Shown here: one piece after another, positions 35,721 through 46,204 of the stretch
How positions within the stretch are numbered: the first letter of the stretch is position 1
Layout of the letters: the number at the start of each line of letters is the position of its first letter
Sequence record: OR906198.1
Strand: one strand, 5' to 3'
DNA length: 64,000 nt
Source of the DNA: Escherichia phage BP32
Made by a program: the position numbers and the translations under genes
Notes under the pieces: model-generated
Told to the model about the DNA's origin: nothing
Seen by the model: only the letters and a program-made list of their open reading frames with translations
Database searches by the model: none

Positions 35721-37778
35721 ATGGAACTTATTACAGAATTATTTGACGGCGCTTCGGCGCCGGTTGTTAACTTAAATCCTAAGCATAAAATACCTCAAAT
35801 TTTTGCTATTCAAGCCGGTGAAGAAAGCGTGCTTCCTGGATTTAGATTTTGTACATACACCTCTGGCGGTGATACAAATAAAAACGTTAAGCCAGGCGAT
35901 AAAATGATGCATATCGTAATGATAGGCGTTAATGAGAAACTATCATTAGTTAAACTTAAAAACTTGGGTGGAAATCCAATTGGTGTCATTAATGCGGTTT
36001 TTGATACTGCTCTTCAAACAATGAAGCAGTATAAAATTGACGCATGTCTATTCCGCGTACTAAAGAGTAAAACAAACGGTGCAGGTCGGCAAATGCAAGT
36101 TATTGCCGACCGTTTAGTACGTACTAAAGGAGCAGGTCGATATGTTCTTTTAAAAGAAATCTGGGACTATGATAAAAAATATGCATATATTATGGTTTAC
36201 CGTAAAAATGCCAATTTAGAAGACATTCCAGGTGTACCTCCTATTTCAACTGAGTTATTCACAAAAGTTGAATCAAAGGTTGGTGATGTTTATGTAGACG
36301 TTAAAACAGGTAATGCTGTTCCTAAAGCTGTCGCTGTTGCTGCTTCTATTGCTTTAGAAAATGATAAGCGCACGGATCAAGCTGTTATTCAGAAAACTAA
36401 AATTAGTCGTCGATTAGCAGCTCAAGCTCAATATTCTACTGTCGATGCTTCACTTCAGGGTGATAGCTTCGCTGCTAAGAAATATCAAGAGTTTGAATCT
36501 AAAGTTCCGGTATATAAAGCAGAAGGACCAATGAACTCTGGCGTTATTCAGGTTGGTTCAAACTTCAGCAAAGGAGCTATCGGTGGTATGAGAAGTGCTT
36601 CTCGTTTTAAATCTAGTGATTATGAACTCGAAAGCTTCCGAAATCATATTGCATTGGCTCATGCACGTTTACGTGATCCATCTATCAAGTTACAGAGCGA
36701 TATAACATATCAAGGTTCTCAAGAATATTTAAAGAATAAAGAATTTTTTGATTATAAAACTGATAAAATTTTAAGCGATCTTGCTGACATTAATATTTCT
36801 AATAGCTTTGATGTTATTAAGAAAATTGTCAATGATTTAGTTAAAGGTTCTAAAGCCACACCAGATGAAAAGGTAGCTATTGTTCAATTTGTCATGAATG
36901 GCGTTTATAAATTGATTAATGAGTCTGCTTCTCAAGCGTATGAATATGCAAGTACTGAAGTAACTCCAAAAGGATTAACTCAGGCTGAGTCTGATGTAAT
37001 TGAAGATTATTGTGCAGATTCATATGTTGAAATGAACTCGTTCCTTTTAGGTAAACCGGATTCTACCCGTGAAGAATATATGGAACGAGCTATTAAACAC
37101 ATCGAGACAATGGATTCTGCCTTTGCCAAAGGGTCAGTTCTTCCTCCAGGAACTACGCTTTACCGTGGCCAAGAAGTTACCTTTAAAACTTTACGTCATA
37201 ATATTGAAAATAAAATGTTCTATTTCAAGAACTTCGTATCCACATCACTTAAACCAAATATCTTCGGTGAGTATGGTAAAAACTATATGGCCCTAGATGA
37301 TTCCAGTGCAGTATTTTCTGGTGAAGGAGAAGGTTCAGTTGATGCTGAAGATTTAATGCATATGGGTAGTCATTCTGCATATGCTAATGAAGATGCTGAA
37401 ACTAGCGTGGGTATGGTAATTAAAGGAGCTGAGCGAATCAAAGTTATCGTTCCAGGTCATTTATCAGGATTTCCATCAGAAGCTGAAGTTATTTTACCGC
37501 GTGGAATTTTGCTGAAGATTAATAAAGTGAGTACGTACATGATGAAAGAAACTGCTTATAACAAGTATCTAATAGAAGGCACAATCGTTCCTCCTTCTGA
37601 ACAATTAGAAGAATCGGTATATGACGGCGACCATCTAATGGAAACTGGTGAAGTTCGTCCAATGGCTGGATTTAATCAATTCCTTGTAGAAGAATCAAAA
37701 GAAGAGGAAAACGAAGTTTCTCAAATCTTGGCTTCTTTGGTTAACATCAACGGAATGTCTAAAAAGTTCAAAATGTAG
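35721..37778 (+). CDS. Alt-family mono-ADP-ribosyltransferase, copy 2 (diverged paralog)
   Basis: MELITELFDGASAPVVNLNPKHKIPQIF N-terminus; ART motifs LYRGQ, FVSTS, SEAEVILPRG; central region diverged from copy 1. Confidence 0.85.
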   Translation: MELITELFDGASAPVVNLNPKHKIPQIFAIQAGEESVLPGFRFCTYTSGGDTNKNVKPGDKMMHIVMIGVNEKLSLVKLKNLGGNPIGVINAVFDTALQTMKQYKIDACLFRVLKSKTNGAGRQMQVIADRLVRTKGAGRYVLLKEIWDYDKKYAYIMVYRKNANLEDIPGVPPISTELFTKVESKVGDVYVDVKTGNAVPKAVAVAASIALENDKRTDQAVIQKTKISRRLAAQAQYSTVDASLQGDSFAAKKYQEFESKVPVYKAEGPMNSGVIQVGSNFSKGAIGGMRSASRFKSSDYELESFRNHIALAHARLRDPSIKLQSDITYQGSQEYLKNKEFFDYKTDKILSDLADINISNSFDVIKKIVNDLVKGSKATPDEKVAIVQFVMNGVYKLINESASQAYEYASTEVTPKGLTQAESDVIEDYCADSYVEMNSFLLGKPDSTREEYMERAIKHIETMDSAFAKGSVLPPGTTLYRGQEVTFKTLRHNIENKMFYFKNFVSTSLKPNIFGEYGKNYMALDDSSAVFSGEGEGSVDAEDLMHMGSHSAYANEDAETSVGMVIKGAERIKVIVPGHLSGFPSEAEVILPRGILLKINKVSTYMMKETAYNKYLIEGTIVPPSEQLEESVYDGDHLMETGEVRPMAGFNQFLVEESKEEENEVSQILASLVNINGMSKKFKM

Positions 37779-37807
37779 TTTACAAGTCCCTCGTGTTGTG
37801 TTATAAT
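37778..37807 (+). promoter_or_regulatory. T4-early-like promoter (GTTTAC ... TATAAT), second copy of the duplicated cassette
   Basis: GTTTAC 37778-37783, TATAAT 37802-37807, 18 nt spacer. Confidence 0.5.
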
Positions 37808-37838
37808 AATCTTACTGACATAACATGAGGAACACAAA

Positions 37839-38129
37839 ATGAAATCTTCTTTACGCTTTTTAGGTCAAGAACTCGTAGTTGAAGGCGTTATTCCTGCTGA
37901 TAACGCTTTTAATGAAGCAGTTTATGATGAATTTATCAAAATTTTTGGAACAGATAAAAAGTTCGGAATTTTTCCTTCTGAAAATTTTTCAAAGCCAGAA
38001 CAGACTGAAAGCATTTTCCAAGGTGTAGTAACAGGTAAATTTGAGTCAGAAGCTCCGGTAAAAATTGAAGTTTATATTGAAGACAGTTTAGTTGCTTCAG
38101 TTGCTGCTTTTATTTCATTCCGTAAATAA
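37839..38129 (+). CDS. Hypothetical protein (96 aa)
   Basis: ORF with GAGG Shine-Dalgarno downstream of the cassette. Confidence 0.55.
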   Translation: MKSSLRFLGQELVVEGVIPADNAFNEAVYDEFIKIFGTDKKFGIFPSENFSKPEQTESIFQGVVTGKFESEAPVKIEVYIEDSLVASVAAFISFRK

Positions 38130-38133
38130 AAAC

Positions 38134-38155
38134 ATGGGGACCGAAAGGTCCCCAT
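38134..38155. terminator. Bidirectional hairpin terminator between plus-strand ORF and gene 54
   Basis: atggggacc-gaaa-ggtccccat flanked by A-run and T-run. Confidence 0.7.
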
Positions 38156-38157
38156 TG

Positions 38158-39123
38158 TTATATTGCTCCTAATATTTTACTTTGCGAGTTGACAATTCCC
38201 GTCATAGTATTAATGTTTGAAATGCTTCCTGCAGTTCCTCCTAATCTACTAAGTCGTGAAAGCGAATTAGATAGTCCAGTAACACCTCCACTATTTCCGA
38301 GAACGCTTTGAATGCCATTTATAGCAGCAGATTCAAGCCATTCAAGCGCAGCTTGTCTATCAACTGCTCCAGCCTGCATGACTCTATACGCAAAAGTAAC
38401 ATCAAATGTAGTTATTTGGTTATCTCCATCATATGATAACTCAGGAGCGCTCACTGACACTGGAATGCATCCGGTGAACATCACAGCAGTATGAGGTAAT
38501 CCATTACGAGCATGAAGATTAACCTGAATGTCTGCCTCGACATCTTGTGGCAAAGCACGCAGTCCAGTTACTGGGTCTTGAACAGCGTTAACCCAGTCTT
38601 GCATCGCACGATAATTACATGCTTCTGAATCCATTCTAAATGAAATAACCAAAGGGTCTAATTCTCTCCCAGTTATACGAACATTAGGAGAATTATAGTT
38701 CCAGTCAGTTTCATAGGATAATCTATTCTCTGGCATTTTTACAGAATATATCATCAATCCAGATGAGTTATATGCCATGTTAAAGAAGTCAATTAAATAT
38801 GTACCAACTGTAAATGAGCCTAATAAACTTTGAACTGTACGTTGACTCATGGCACCAATAAGATATTTACTAACTCCTGATTTTCTTATCAGTTTTTGTG
38901 TGCCAGCAGTAATTAGCGTGGTAATTCCCTGATTAATATCGCCTTGAGTCAATCCTAACCAATCTGAATTTAAACCCAAGTTATTATAAGAAAAGTTGCT
39001 AATTGAACTTATCAACGAAGAGCTTTTAGTTGATGGAGTTGTCGCAAAAACGCAGCTAAACATATTATTACGTTGGAAATCTGCGTTTATTGCTTGATTA
39101 TTAAATTCCTCTAAAGAATACAT
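38158..39123 (-). CDS. 54: Baseplate tail tube initiator gp54
   Basis: 321 aa, T4 gp54 size and position next to gene 48. Confidence 0.85.
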   Translation of the reverse strand: MYSLEEFNNQAINADFQRNNMFSCVFATTPSTKSSSLISSISNFSYNNLGLNSDWLGLTQGDINQGITTLITAGTQKLIRKSGVSKYLIGAMSQRTVQSLLGSFTVGTYLIDFFNMAYNSSGLMIYSVKMPENRLSYETDWNYNSPNVRITGRELDPLVISFRMDSEACNYRAMQDWVNAVQDPVTGLRALPQDVEADIQVNLHARNGLPHTAVMFTGCIPVSVSAPELSYDGDNQITTFDVTFAYRVMQAGAVDRQAALEWLESAAINGIQSVLGNSGGVTGLSNSLSRLSRLGGTAGSISNINTMTGIVNSQSKILGAI

Positions 39124-40217
39124 TAAAAAGTCCCCGCATATAAAGAAGCACGGTTTAACGTGATAATTTCTCTCATAGTAATCTCGAGAGTAAATGTACT
39201 AGGGAGGTTTGGAGCAATAGCTAATCCGTTAAAGTTACCATTAGGTGTTTTATCAAATCTGATACTCTGTATTTGGCATGGGCCAAATATTTCCGTTTTT
39301 CCATCAAACTTAGATGTTGCACCAAAGTTTTTCACCATCCAAATTGTCGGGTTTGAAACTACTAGAACGTTAGTTAAACTCGATGTCATTTTCTCAAATA
39401 GTGTTTTATTTTTAGCTGCGTCTTCCGGAGATAAAGGTTCAATTAACGTAGAACGATACCAATCATCTAAATACCCCTTTATTTCAGCAGCATATTGAGA
39501 TTTGCCCGTTTCACCATAAGAAAAATAGTTAAAATATTGATAGATATTAATAATAGCCATTAAATCTTCTGTGGAACGTGGAGTCAAATCCCATGTAAAC
39601 ACTTTAGTTCTATTTTCAGCGCCACCATACATACTTCTGGCTGTCGTATAAATCTGTTCATTATTATCAGCCATTATACCTTGTGTTATACTTTCCAGTG
39701 CCCCAAATACTGCAGTTGAAGCAATATTACTTAGCACACCAGTAGCAGTACCTCCGCCTCTGCTGATAAGACTTTCTTGAACATCATTAAATCTATGTGA
39801 TGATGTATCAACATCAGATTTAGATCTTGGTAAAAGAATATTTGCAACAGGGGCTTTACTTATTGTTCCTGAATTATTATCTGATATTAATCCATTTGAC
39901 AGTTTTGATACTGTATTACTGATAGTGTTTCTGGCTGTACGTAAAATACTCGAAGATGAAGAAGAGTAGTTAGATCTCATCGATCTAAGACTTCCAGAAT
40001 CCCTAGATGACATATTGTATGCAGTAAATAATAATCCATTCTTATATAGATCTGTTACCTGGAAGTCCCCTGTAGTGTCATTACCACTAGCACGCCCAGT
40101 TGGAAACTGGGCAGTATATGTTTTAGTTGCTACTTCTGATTTAGTACTCTGTCCGGCTGAAATTTTCTCACCGGACTTTTTAATTAAATCAGCAGTTATT
40201 TCTTTAACAATTGCCAT
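39123..40217 (-). CDS. 48: Baseplate tail tube cap gp48
   Basis: 364 aa, same as T4 gp48. Confidence 0.85.
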   Translation of the reverse strand: MAIVKEITADLIKKSGEKISAGQSTKSEVATKTYTAQFPTGRASGNDTTGDFQVTDLYKNGLLFTAYNMSSRDSGSLRSMRSNYSSSSSSILRTARNTISNTVSKLSNGLISDNNSGTISKAPVANILLPRSKSDVDTSSHRFNDVQESLISRGGGTATGVLSNIASTAVFGALESITQGIMADNNEQIYTTARSMYGGAENRTKVFTWDLTPRSTEDLMAIINIYQYFNYFSYGETGKSQYAAEIKGYLDDWYRSTLIEPLSPEDAAKNKTLFEKMTSSLTNVLVVSNPTIWMVKNFGATSKFDGKTEIFGPCQIQSIRFDKTPNGNFNGLAIAPNLPSTFTLEITMREIITLNRASLYAGTF

Positions 40218-40225
40218 ATTATTCC

Positions 40226-41998
40226 TTAATTAACTCCTGTCGCGTCAAATACACCGGGAGCAGTTGTACTCGTAACAGGTGTCATATTATGAACGACAGT
40301 ATTTTTCTTAATAACATTATTAGTATTATTGATCGAAGGAGATACTTGTTGAACAGGAGCTTGCTGTGCTTTGTTCTTTTCAATAACCTGGACTTGTTTT
40401 GCTTCTGGCGATTTAGCAGAAGTTTCAGGCTTGGCGTTAGGCTGATTTTTCTTAAGCTCTTGATAAGTAGCATCAATTTTAGAAAATCTAGCAGCAAGTT
40501 CTTTTTTAACTGCCGGTGAATTATTTAAATCTGGGTCATCCATCCGTTTTTTAAGGTCTTCATAGGCAGCTTCAACTGATTTAACTGTTGAGTCTTTACT
40601 CATATCAGCCGAATCAGCATATTTTTCAAAGCGAATCATCGCCGCGCGCGCTTCATTAGCCTTCATTAAAGCATTTTTTCTTTCTTCAGGTGAAAGTTGC
40701 TTTAATTTTTCTTCTTCTGCTGCACGTTCTTCGTCGGTAGTTAGTGCTTCTTTATTATCAACGCCACGAATCCAGTTAGATGCACGAGTTTTCCAGTTCG
40801 CAATTTTGTCTAGTCCTTCTGCTATTGGACCAAGGTCTCCATTCATTCGTTTATCTTGATAATTTGCAACTTTTTCCTGGTCTTCTTTATTGAGAGATGC
40901 TCCAGTAGAATTTTGGAAATTTTCTAGCGCTCTTCCTTCTACTTCATCAGCGGTATCCTTCATACCAGGAATAACTCGAAGAATTGCCGCAGATAATTTA
41001 GCCATTCCAAGCTGAATAAGTTCTCCTAAATTATAAAGAACCTTTCCAAGCCCTTCTACAATAGCTACTGTCAATCCGCCCCAATCTCCCGCTTCCCAGA
41101 ATTTTTTAATTTCATCAATAGAACTAAAGATGCTCTGTAATAAAGGACCCCATGTTCCAGTTTCGCTAGAGAATTTAGTAAAGTCTGTACTAAACAAATC
41201 CCAAGCCTGTGAAAATTTATCTGACCAATATTTGAAATGAACCATCAGCAGGTCTATTCCGACAACAACAGCCAATATCATTGCTGTCATTTTAGCAGCT
41301 TCAATAGCAGCACTGACGGTATACTTAAATAGCATGCTTGATATTTTATCAGTAATTGAAATAGATTTCTTAAATCCGAAATCAACAGTCTTTGTTAATT
41401 TATCTAAAGCTTGAGATAATTTTAAGTTAAATGCGTCTTTTTTCTGTTTTTCTTCTGGCGATTCTTGTTTAGGTTCAACTGGCTGAGGGGTAGGGAAAAA
41501 ATCAGCATCAGGATCATTATTAACTGCTTCAGGAGCTGGTAATAAAGGACCCACAGATTCAGCTGTATCGTCCTCAACAACTTTAACAGGAATAGCGCTT
41601 TCGACTGTGGCTAAACTAGTTCCTGTTTGTTGAATTCCGGCTGTCTGAATTTTTTGCTCTAGTAAACTTGTTAATTTATCTAATTTGCTCCCGAGTGATT
41701 CACCGATTTCTTTATTAATATTATTGCCAATTTCGACAGTTTCAGCAATTAACTCAGAACCAGCAGTAGTATCACTCACTGCGCTTTCTACGTTGTCAAT
41801 TGCTCCAATTATTTCATTCGATTTTTCTTCGACAGTTTGAGCAATTAATTCAGAAGCAGCTTGAGCATCATCCAATTTCGTAGATATATCGTTAAGTCCA
41901 GATAAAGTGTTAGAAGCGGATTTAGCCGCTTCCTGTGTTGGTTTATTATCTGAAATAACTTTTCTACGCATCGTTTGCATTTCTTGTGGCTTTTTCAT
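40226..41998 (-). CDS. 29: Baseplate hub / tail length determinator gp29
   Basis: 590 aa, same as T4 gp29. Confidence 0.85.
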   Translation of the reverse strand: MKKPQEMQTMRRKVISDNKPTQEAAKSASNTLSGLNDISTKLDDAQAASELIAQTVEEKSNEIIGAIDNVESAVSDTTAGSELIAETVEIGNNINKEIGESLGSKLDKLTSLLEQKIQTAGIQQTGTSLATVESAIPVKVVEDDTAESVGPLLPAPEAVNNDPDADFFPTPQPVEPKQESPEEKQKKDAFNLKLSQALDKLTKTVDFGFKKSISITDKISSMLFKYTVSAAIEAAKMTAMILAVVVGIDLLMVHFKYWSDKFSQAWDLFSTDFTKFSSETGTWGPLLQSIFSSIDEIKKFWEAGDWGGLTVAIVEGLGKVLYNLGELIQLGMAKLSAAILRVIPGMKDTADEVEGRALENFQNSTGASLNKEDQEKVANYQDKRMNGDLGPIAEGLDKIANWKTRASNWIRGVDNKEALTTDEERAAEEEKLKQLSPEERKNALMKANEARAAMIRFEKYADSADMSKDSTVKSVEAAYEDLKKRMDDPDLNNSPAVKKELAARFSKIDATYQELKKNQPNAKPETSAKSPEAKQVQVIEKNKAQQAPVQQVSPSINNTNNVIKKNTVVHNMTPVTSTTAPGVFDATGVN

Positions 41999-42528
41999 TC
42001 AAATAATCCAATAATATTGCCAATTCCGGTTATTGGACCATTAGGGCCAGGAATTGCTAAAGTTGTAAAAATATCATTTGCCCATTTTAAAACGAATGCT
42101 GGCATCTCAAGAAAATTAATTTCTTTAACTTCATCATTGACCTTAAGCAAGCATTTGGATAACATATCGCTCACAGTTAAAAATTGTTCAAATTTTCCAG
42201 GAGGTCTAAAATAAAATGTATTTCCTTGGTATTGAAATTCTAATCTTTGGCATACATAAACATCATTAATGTCATAAGTATAACCATCTATTTCTTTACG
42301 AGATTTAATCTTTCCATTAAATTCCAATAAATGAATAGAAACGAAATCAACTTCTGCCGGTGATAAATTCGGACAAATAGAATCAATAAGAAGTTTTAAA
42401 TTTTCATCAGGACCTTTAACATCTTTTAAAATGTTATAGTGTTTAAGACCCATTTTAGGAATAGAAACTTCTTTATTGCTTATTGGAAGAACTACTTTCT
42501 TCAGTGGTAGTATCAGATTTAAATTCAT
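41995..42528 (-). CDS. 28: Baseplate hub distal subunit gp28
   Basis: 177 aa, same as T4 gp28; overlaps gene 27. Confidence 0.8.
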   Translation of the reverse strand: MNLNLILPLKKVVLPISNKEVSIPKMGLKHYNILKDVKGPDENLKLLIDSICPNLSPAEVDFVSIHLLEFNGKIKSRKEIDGYTYDINDVYVCQRLEFQYQGNTFYFRPPGKFEQFLTVSDMLSKCLLKVNDEVKEINFLEMPAFVLKWANDIFTTLAIPGPNGPITGIGNIIGLFE

Positions 42529-43648
42529 TTTTAACCTTAACTGGGTCTATTGTTTCCAGTTTCGTTGCATTAGTGAACATATATAGATGAGTTACCGAAT
42601 TATTATTGGATAATTCATGGATGACTTCATCAACGTAAAATTCTGTTTTAAATTGGTTTTTACTATCATTAAAAATAATTTTAACGCCAGGAGTCAAGTT
42701 AAAATTACCGACAGTAGAACATTTAGCATAGCCATCGTATTGCGCCATAGTTTGAAGACGAATAGCTTCTTCATATCCATTCCTATAAGTCATTTCAGAA
42801 TAAGCACCTGACCTTGACACTACAATAGAGTTTTCGCCTTTTCCTGTAGTAATCATTGGCAATGAAGAATCTAAAAATGAATGCGCATAGATAGTAGCGT
42901 TTTTCATTGGGTCACGTTTGTGAGGATTCGATTTAGTCAACCAAACGAAATCATATGCTAATGGATATTTTAATTCTTGGATGAATTGACCTATTAAAGA
43001 TGGCTCACCGACAATCATTGGATATGGTTCTTGATTTATCATCATATCATAGTCCATCATGTTAACTCCCATGATGTCTTGCCACACAAACACAAATTTG
43101 TCACTTCCTACAGCTAGAGCAACTTCTCTGACATATGACAAATAGTTTTCAAATGTACTAGTCCACGGAATATCAGGAACATAAGCATTTATAGCATTTA
43201 TAGGTGGAGTCAATAGCGTACGGTCTTGATAAATGACGCCAAGCATTTCCTTTATAGATTCACCTGCATCAGGGAAAAACGGTCTGCCAAATTTAAGATT
43301 TTCTATAGAATGAATAGTTCCCAATTCAATAGCAATGATGTTATCACCCTTTGAATCTACTGACACGGAAAAATGCTTACATCCATAAATTCTTGTTTTA
43401 ACATTATTAATATCGTTTGCATTAGCTACAGAAATCTGAATTATTTCATTTCCATCCATTTTTGTATGGATATTTTTAGAATCATAAAACTGCAGCATTC
43501 CTTCATTTCGGCCATAAAGAGAATCCCGCATAGTTAATGTGGTAATAGTAGCAGCTAATTCAACAAATCTATTATTACTCCAAGCGTCGTAGCTATCAAA
43601 TAATTTAACGCTGAGATTTGGATATCCTGGGCGTTGCAACATACTCAT
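42473..43648 (-). CDS. 27: Baseplate hub subunit gp27
   Basis: 391 aa, same as T4 gp27. Confidence 0.85.
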   Translation of the reverse strand: MSMLQRPGYPNLSVKLFDSYDAWSNNRFVELAATITTLTMRDSLYGRNEGMLQFYDSKNIHTKMDGNEIIQISVANANDINNVKTRIYGCKHFSVSVDSKGDNIIAIELGTIHSIENLKFGRPFFPDAGESIKEMLGVIYQDRTLLTPPINAINAYVPDIPWTSTFENYLSYVREVALAVGSDKFVFVWQDIMGVNMMDYDMMINQEPYPMIVGEPSLIGQFIQELKYPLAYDFVWLTKSNPHKRDPMKNATIYAHSFLDSSLPMITTGKGENSIVVSRSGAYSEMTYRNGYEEAIRLQTMAQYDGYAKCSTVGNFNLTPGVKIIFNDSKNQFKTEFYVDEVIHELSNNNSVTHLYMFTNATKLETIDPVKVKNEFKSDTTTEESSSSNKQ

Positions 43649-44397
43649 TATTGTTTATCCTTCTCAATCAGTTTTAATACGAATCCGCGCTCGGCAGGAA
43701 TCATTTTCATTATTGAATTTAAACTATAATTACTTTTTACGAGTGTGTGATTAATTTGATAAAAAGTAAATATCTCATCTGGGTTAACTAATAGCTTAAA
43801 CACATCTACTATATCAGTGTATTTTTTTACATACTTATCACAGCATGACATGTGTAGCGTTAAATTAATAGGATTCATTGCATCGAGAATTTTTTCTAAT
43901 GTTTCTATCTCGATGGCGTCAACAAGTTCTATTTGACTTGATTCACTAATTTCCTTCCAATCATACCATATTTCATCTACTTGAACAGAATGAATATTTT
44001 CAGTAATCATCTTTGCTTTATTTTCATAAAACTCAGAAGGAAACTTTAATTTAATTTTAACATTAGCTACATCAAAAACAGGTTCCTTTAATTCTTTTTG
44101 ATATATTTCAAATGGAACTGTCTTTTCTTTTTTACATTTTGGACATACAAATGTGACCGGTACTTTAGTTTTACCTATTGACCCTACAAATACCTGCAAA
44201 AATATAAATGGTTGCCAAGTCTTCGGATAGTCTCCAAAATAATCGGCAATTAAATCAGCAATTATTTCTTTTTGTTCTTGTGGTGACCGATGTTCTATAT
44301 CGTTTCGAACTAACAAAAAATCTCGATAATCTTCTACCGTAAATGGTTTAAAACGATGAACACCATCTGGTAATTTACAACGAATAATGTTTGCCAT
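43648..44397 (-). CDS. 51: Baseplate hub assembly catalyst gp51
   Basis: 249 aa, same as T4 gp51. Confidence 0.8.
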   Translation of the reverse strand: MANIIRCKLPDGVHRFKPFTVEDYRDFLLVRNDIEHRSPQEQKEIIADLIADYFGDYPKTWQPFIFLQVFVGSIGKTKVPVTFVCPKCKKEKTVPFEIYQKELKEPVFDVANVKIKLKFPSEFYENKAKMITENIHSVQVDEIWYDWKEISESSQIELVDAIEIETLEKILDAMNPINLTLHMSCCDKYVKKYTDIVDVFKLLVNPDEIFTFYQINHTLVKSNYSLNSIMKMIPAERGFVLKLIEKDKQ

Positions 44398-44414
44398 AGA
44401 TGCTCCTTTTATTC

Positions 44415-44426
44415 TATTTATAAATA
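44415..44426. promoter_or_regulatory. Overlapping divergent late promoters (TATTTATAAATA) for gene 51 (minus) and gene 26 (plus)
   Basis: tatttata at 44415-44422 and tataaata at 44419-44426 in the 50 bp divergent gap. Confidence 0.6.
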
Positions 44427-44447
44427 TGATAAATAAAGGAGCTAAAT

Positions 44448-45074
44448 ATGTATGAATACAAATTTGATGTGAGAGTTGGTTCTAAAATAATCAACTGTCG
44501 CGCATTTACTCTTAAAGAATATCTAGAACTTATTACTGCTAAAAAGAACGGTTCAGTAGAAGAGATCGTTAAAAAGCTAATCAAAGAATGCACAAATGCA
44601 AAAGATTTAAACCGCCAAGAATCAGAACTACTATTGATTCATTTATGGGCACATTCTCTTGGAGAAGTTAATCACGAAAACTCCTGGAAGTGCACCTGTG
44701 GAACTGAAATACCAACCCATATAAATCTATTACATACACAAATAGATGCACCAGAAGACCTCTGGTATACACTGGGTGACATTAAAATTAAGTTCCATTA
44801 CCCTAAAATTTTTGATGATAAAAATATAGCCCACATGATAGTATCATGTATAGAAACGATTCATGCTAACGGTGAAAGCATTCCAATTGAAGACTTGAAT
44901 GAAAAAGAGTTGGAAGATTTATATTCTATCATCACAGAGTCAGATATTGTAGCTATAAAAGATATGCTTTTAAAGCCTACTGTGTATTTGGCTGTTCCAA
45001 TTAAATGTCCAGAGTGTGGAAAATCTCACGCTCATGTAATAAGAGGACTCAAAGAATTCTTTGAGCTATTGTAA
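44448..45074 (+). CDS. 26: Baseplate hub subunit gp26
   Basis: 208 aa, same as T4 gp26. Confidence 0.8.
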   Translation: MYEYKFDVRVGSKIINCRAFTLKEYLELITAKKNGSVEEIVKKLIKECTNAKDLNRQESELLLIHLWAHSLGEVNHENSWKCTCGTEIPTHINLLHTQIDAPEDLWYTLGDIKIKFHYPKIFDDKNIAHMIVSCIETIHANGESIPIEDLNEKELEDLYSIITESDIVAIKDMLLKPTVYLAVPIKCPECGKSHAHVIRGLKEFFELL

Positions 45075-45472
45075 TGGCAAATATTAATAAGCTTTATTCT
45101 GACATTGACCCAGAAATGAAAATGGATTGGGACAAAGACGTTTCCAGATCCCTTGGATTAAGGTCAATTAAAAATAGCCTTTTGGGAATTATTACAACCA
45201 GAAAAGGGTCGAGACCATTTGACCCGGAATTTGGATGTGATTTATCTGACCAGCTTTTTGAGAATATGACTCCTCTTACTGCTGATACTGTTGAGCGTAA
45301 CATTGAAAGCGCAGTAAGAAACTACGAGCCACGTATTGATAAATTAGCAGTTAATGTAATACCAGTTTATGATGATTATACTCTGATAGTAGAAATACGC
45401 TTTTCGGTCATCGATAACCCTGATGATATTGAGCAGATAAAACTACAACTGGCTTCCAGTAACAGAGTATAA
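45074..45472 (+). CDS. 25: Baseplate wedge subunit gp25
   Basis: 132 aa, same as T4 gp25. Confidence 0.85.
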   Translation: MANINKLYSDIDPEMKMDWDKDVSRSLGLRSIKNSLLGIITTRKGSRPFDPEFGCDLSDQLFENMTPLTADTVERNIESAVRNYEPRIDKLAVNVIPVYDDYTLIVEIRFSVIDNPDDIEQIKLQLASSNRV

Positions 45473-45498
45473 TGCTTCACGTATAAACGTGGTATAAT
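45471..45498 (+). promoter_or_regulatory. MotA-dependent middle promoter for uvsY (AATGCTTCA box plus TATAAT)
   Basis: MotA box at 45471-45479, TATAAT at 45493-45498, 13 nt spacing. Confidence 0.55.
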
Positions 45499-45538
45499 GA
45501 ATCTAAGTCCATCCAATAACAATTGAATAGAGAACAAT

Positions 45539-45952
45539 ATGAAATTAGAAGATCTTCAAGAAGAATTGAAGAAAGATGTGTTTATAGATTCGACTAAATT
45601 ACAGTATGAAGCAGCTAATAATGTGATGTTATATAGTAAATGGCTTAATAAGCATTCAAGTATTAAAAAGGAAATGCTTAGAATTGACGCGCAGAAAAAA
45701 GTTGCTCTTAAAGCTAAATTAGACTACTACTCGGGACGAGGAGATGGTGATGAATTTAGTATGGATCGTTATGAGAAATCAGAAATGAAGACAGTTCTAT
45801 CAGCTGATAAGGATGTTTTAAAAGTTGATACTTCATTACAATATTGGGGAATTTTATTGGATTTCTGTAGCGGAGCTCTTGATGCTATTAAATCACGTGG
45901 ATTTGCTATTAAGCATATTCAAGACATGCGAGCATTTGAGGCTGGAAAATAA
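45539..45952 (+). CDS. uvsY: Recombination mediator UvsY
   Basis: 137 aa, same as T4 UvsY; position next to gene 25. Confidence 0.88.
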   Translation: MKLEDLQEELKKDVFIDSTKLQYEAANNVMLYSKWLNKHSSIKKEMLRIDAQKKVALKAKLDYYSGRGDGDEFSMDRYEKSEMKTVLSADKDVLKVDTSLQYWGILLDFCSGALDAIKSRGFAIKHIQDMRAFEAGK

Positions 45953-46176
45953 TGAAATATAGCATTGATGATGCTTTTAATTATGAAGAAGAATTCGAAA
46001 CGGAAATTCAATTCTTAATGAAAAAGTATAATCTCAAGCGTCAGGATATTCGTATCCTGGCCGACCACCCATGCGGTGAAGATGTACTTTATATTAAAGG
46101 AAAATTTGCTGGATATCTTGATGAATATTTTTATTCTAAAGATATGGGCATTGATATGCATATGAGAGTTATATAA
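45952..46176 (+). CDS. Hypothetical protein (uvsY.-1 position)
   Basis: 74 aa ORF, TAATG overlap with uvsY. Confidence 0.6.
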   Translation: MKYSIDDAFNYEEEFETEIQFLMKKYNLKRQDIRILADHPCGEDVLYIKGKFAGYLDEYFYSKDMGIDMHMRVI

Positions 46177-46179
46177 ATA
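46172..46179 (+). promoter_or_regulatory. T4-type late promoter TATAAATA
   Basis: Exact motif just upstream of the small ORF at 46205. Confidence 0.45.
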
Positions 46180-46204
46180 GATATATAATTTAGAGGAGAC
46201 AATC

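Noticed and set aside
36400-36460. Possible loss of the catalytic Arg in Alt copy 2 (K replaces R in the FLLGK helix motif)
   Set aside because: That position is in the NAD-binding helix, not the catalytic residue; the aromatic-Arg motif (LYRGQ), STS and EAE motifs are all present, so copy 2 looks catalytically intact.
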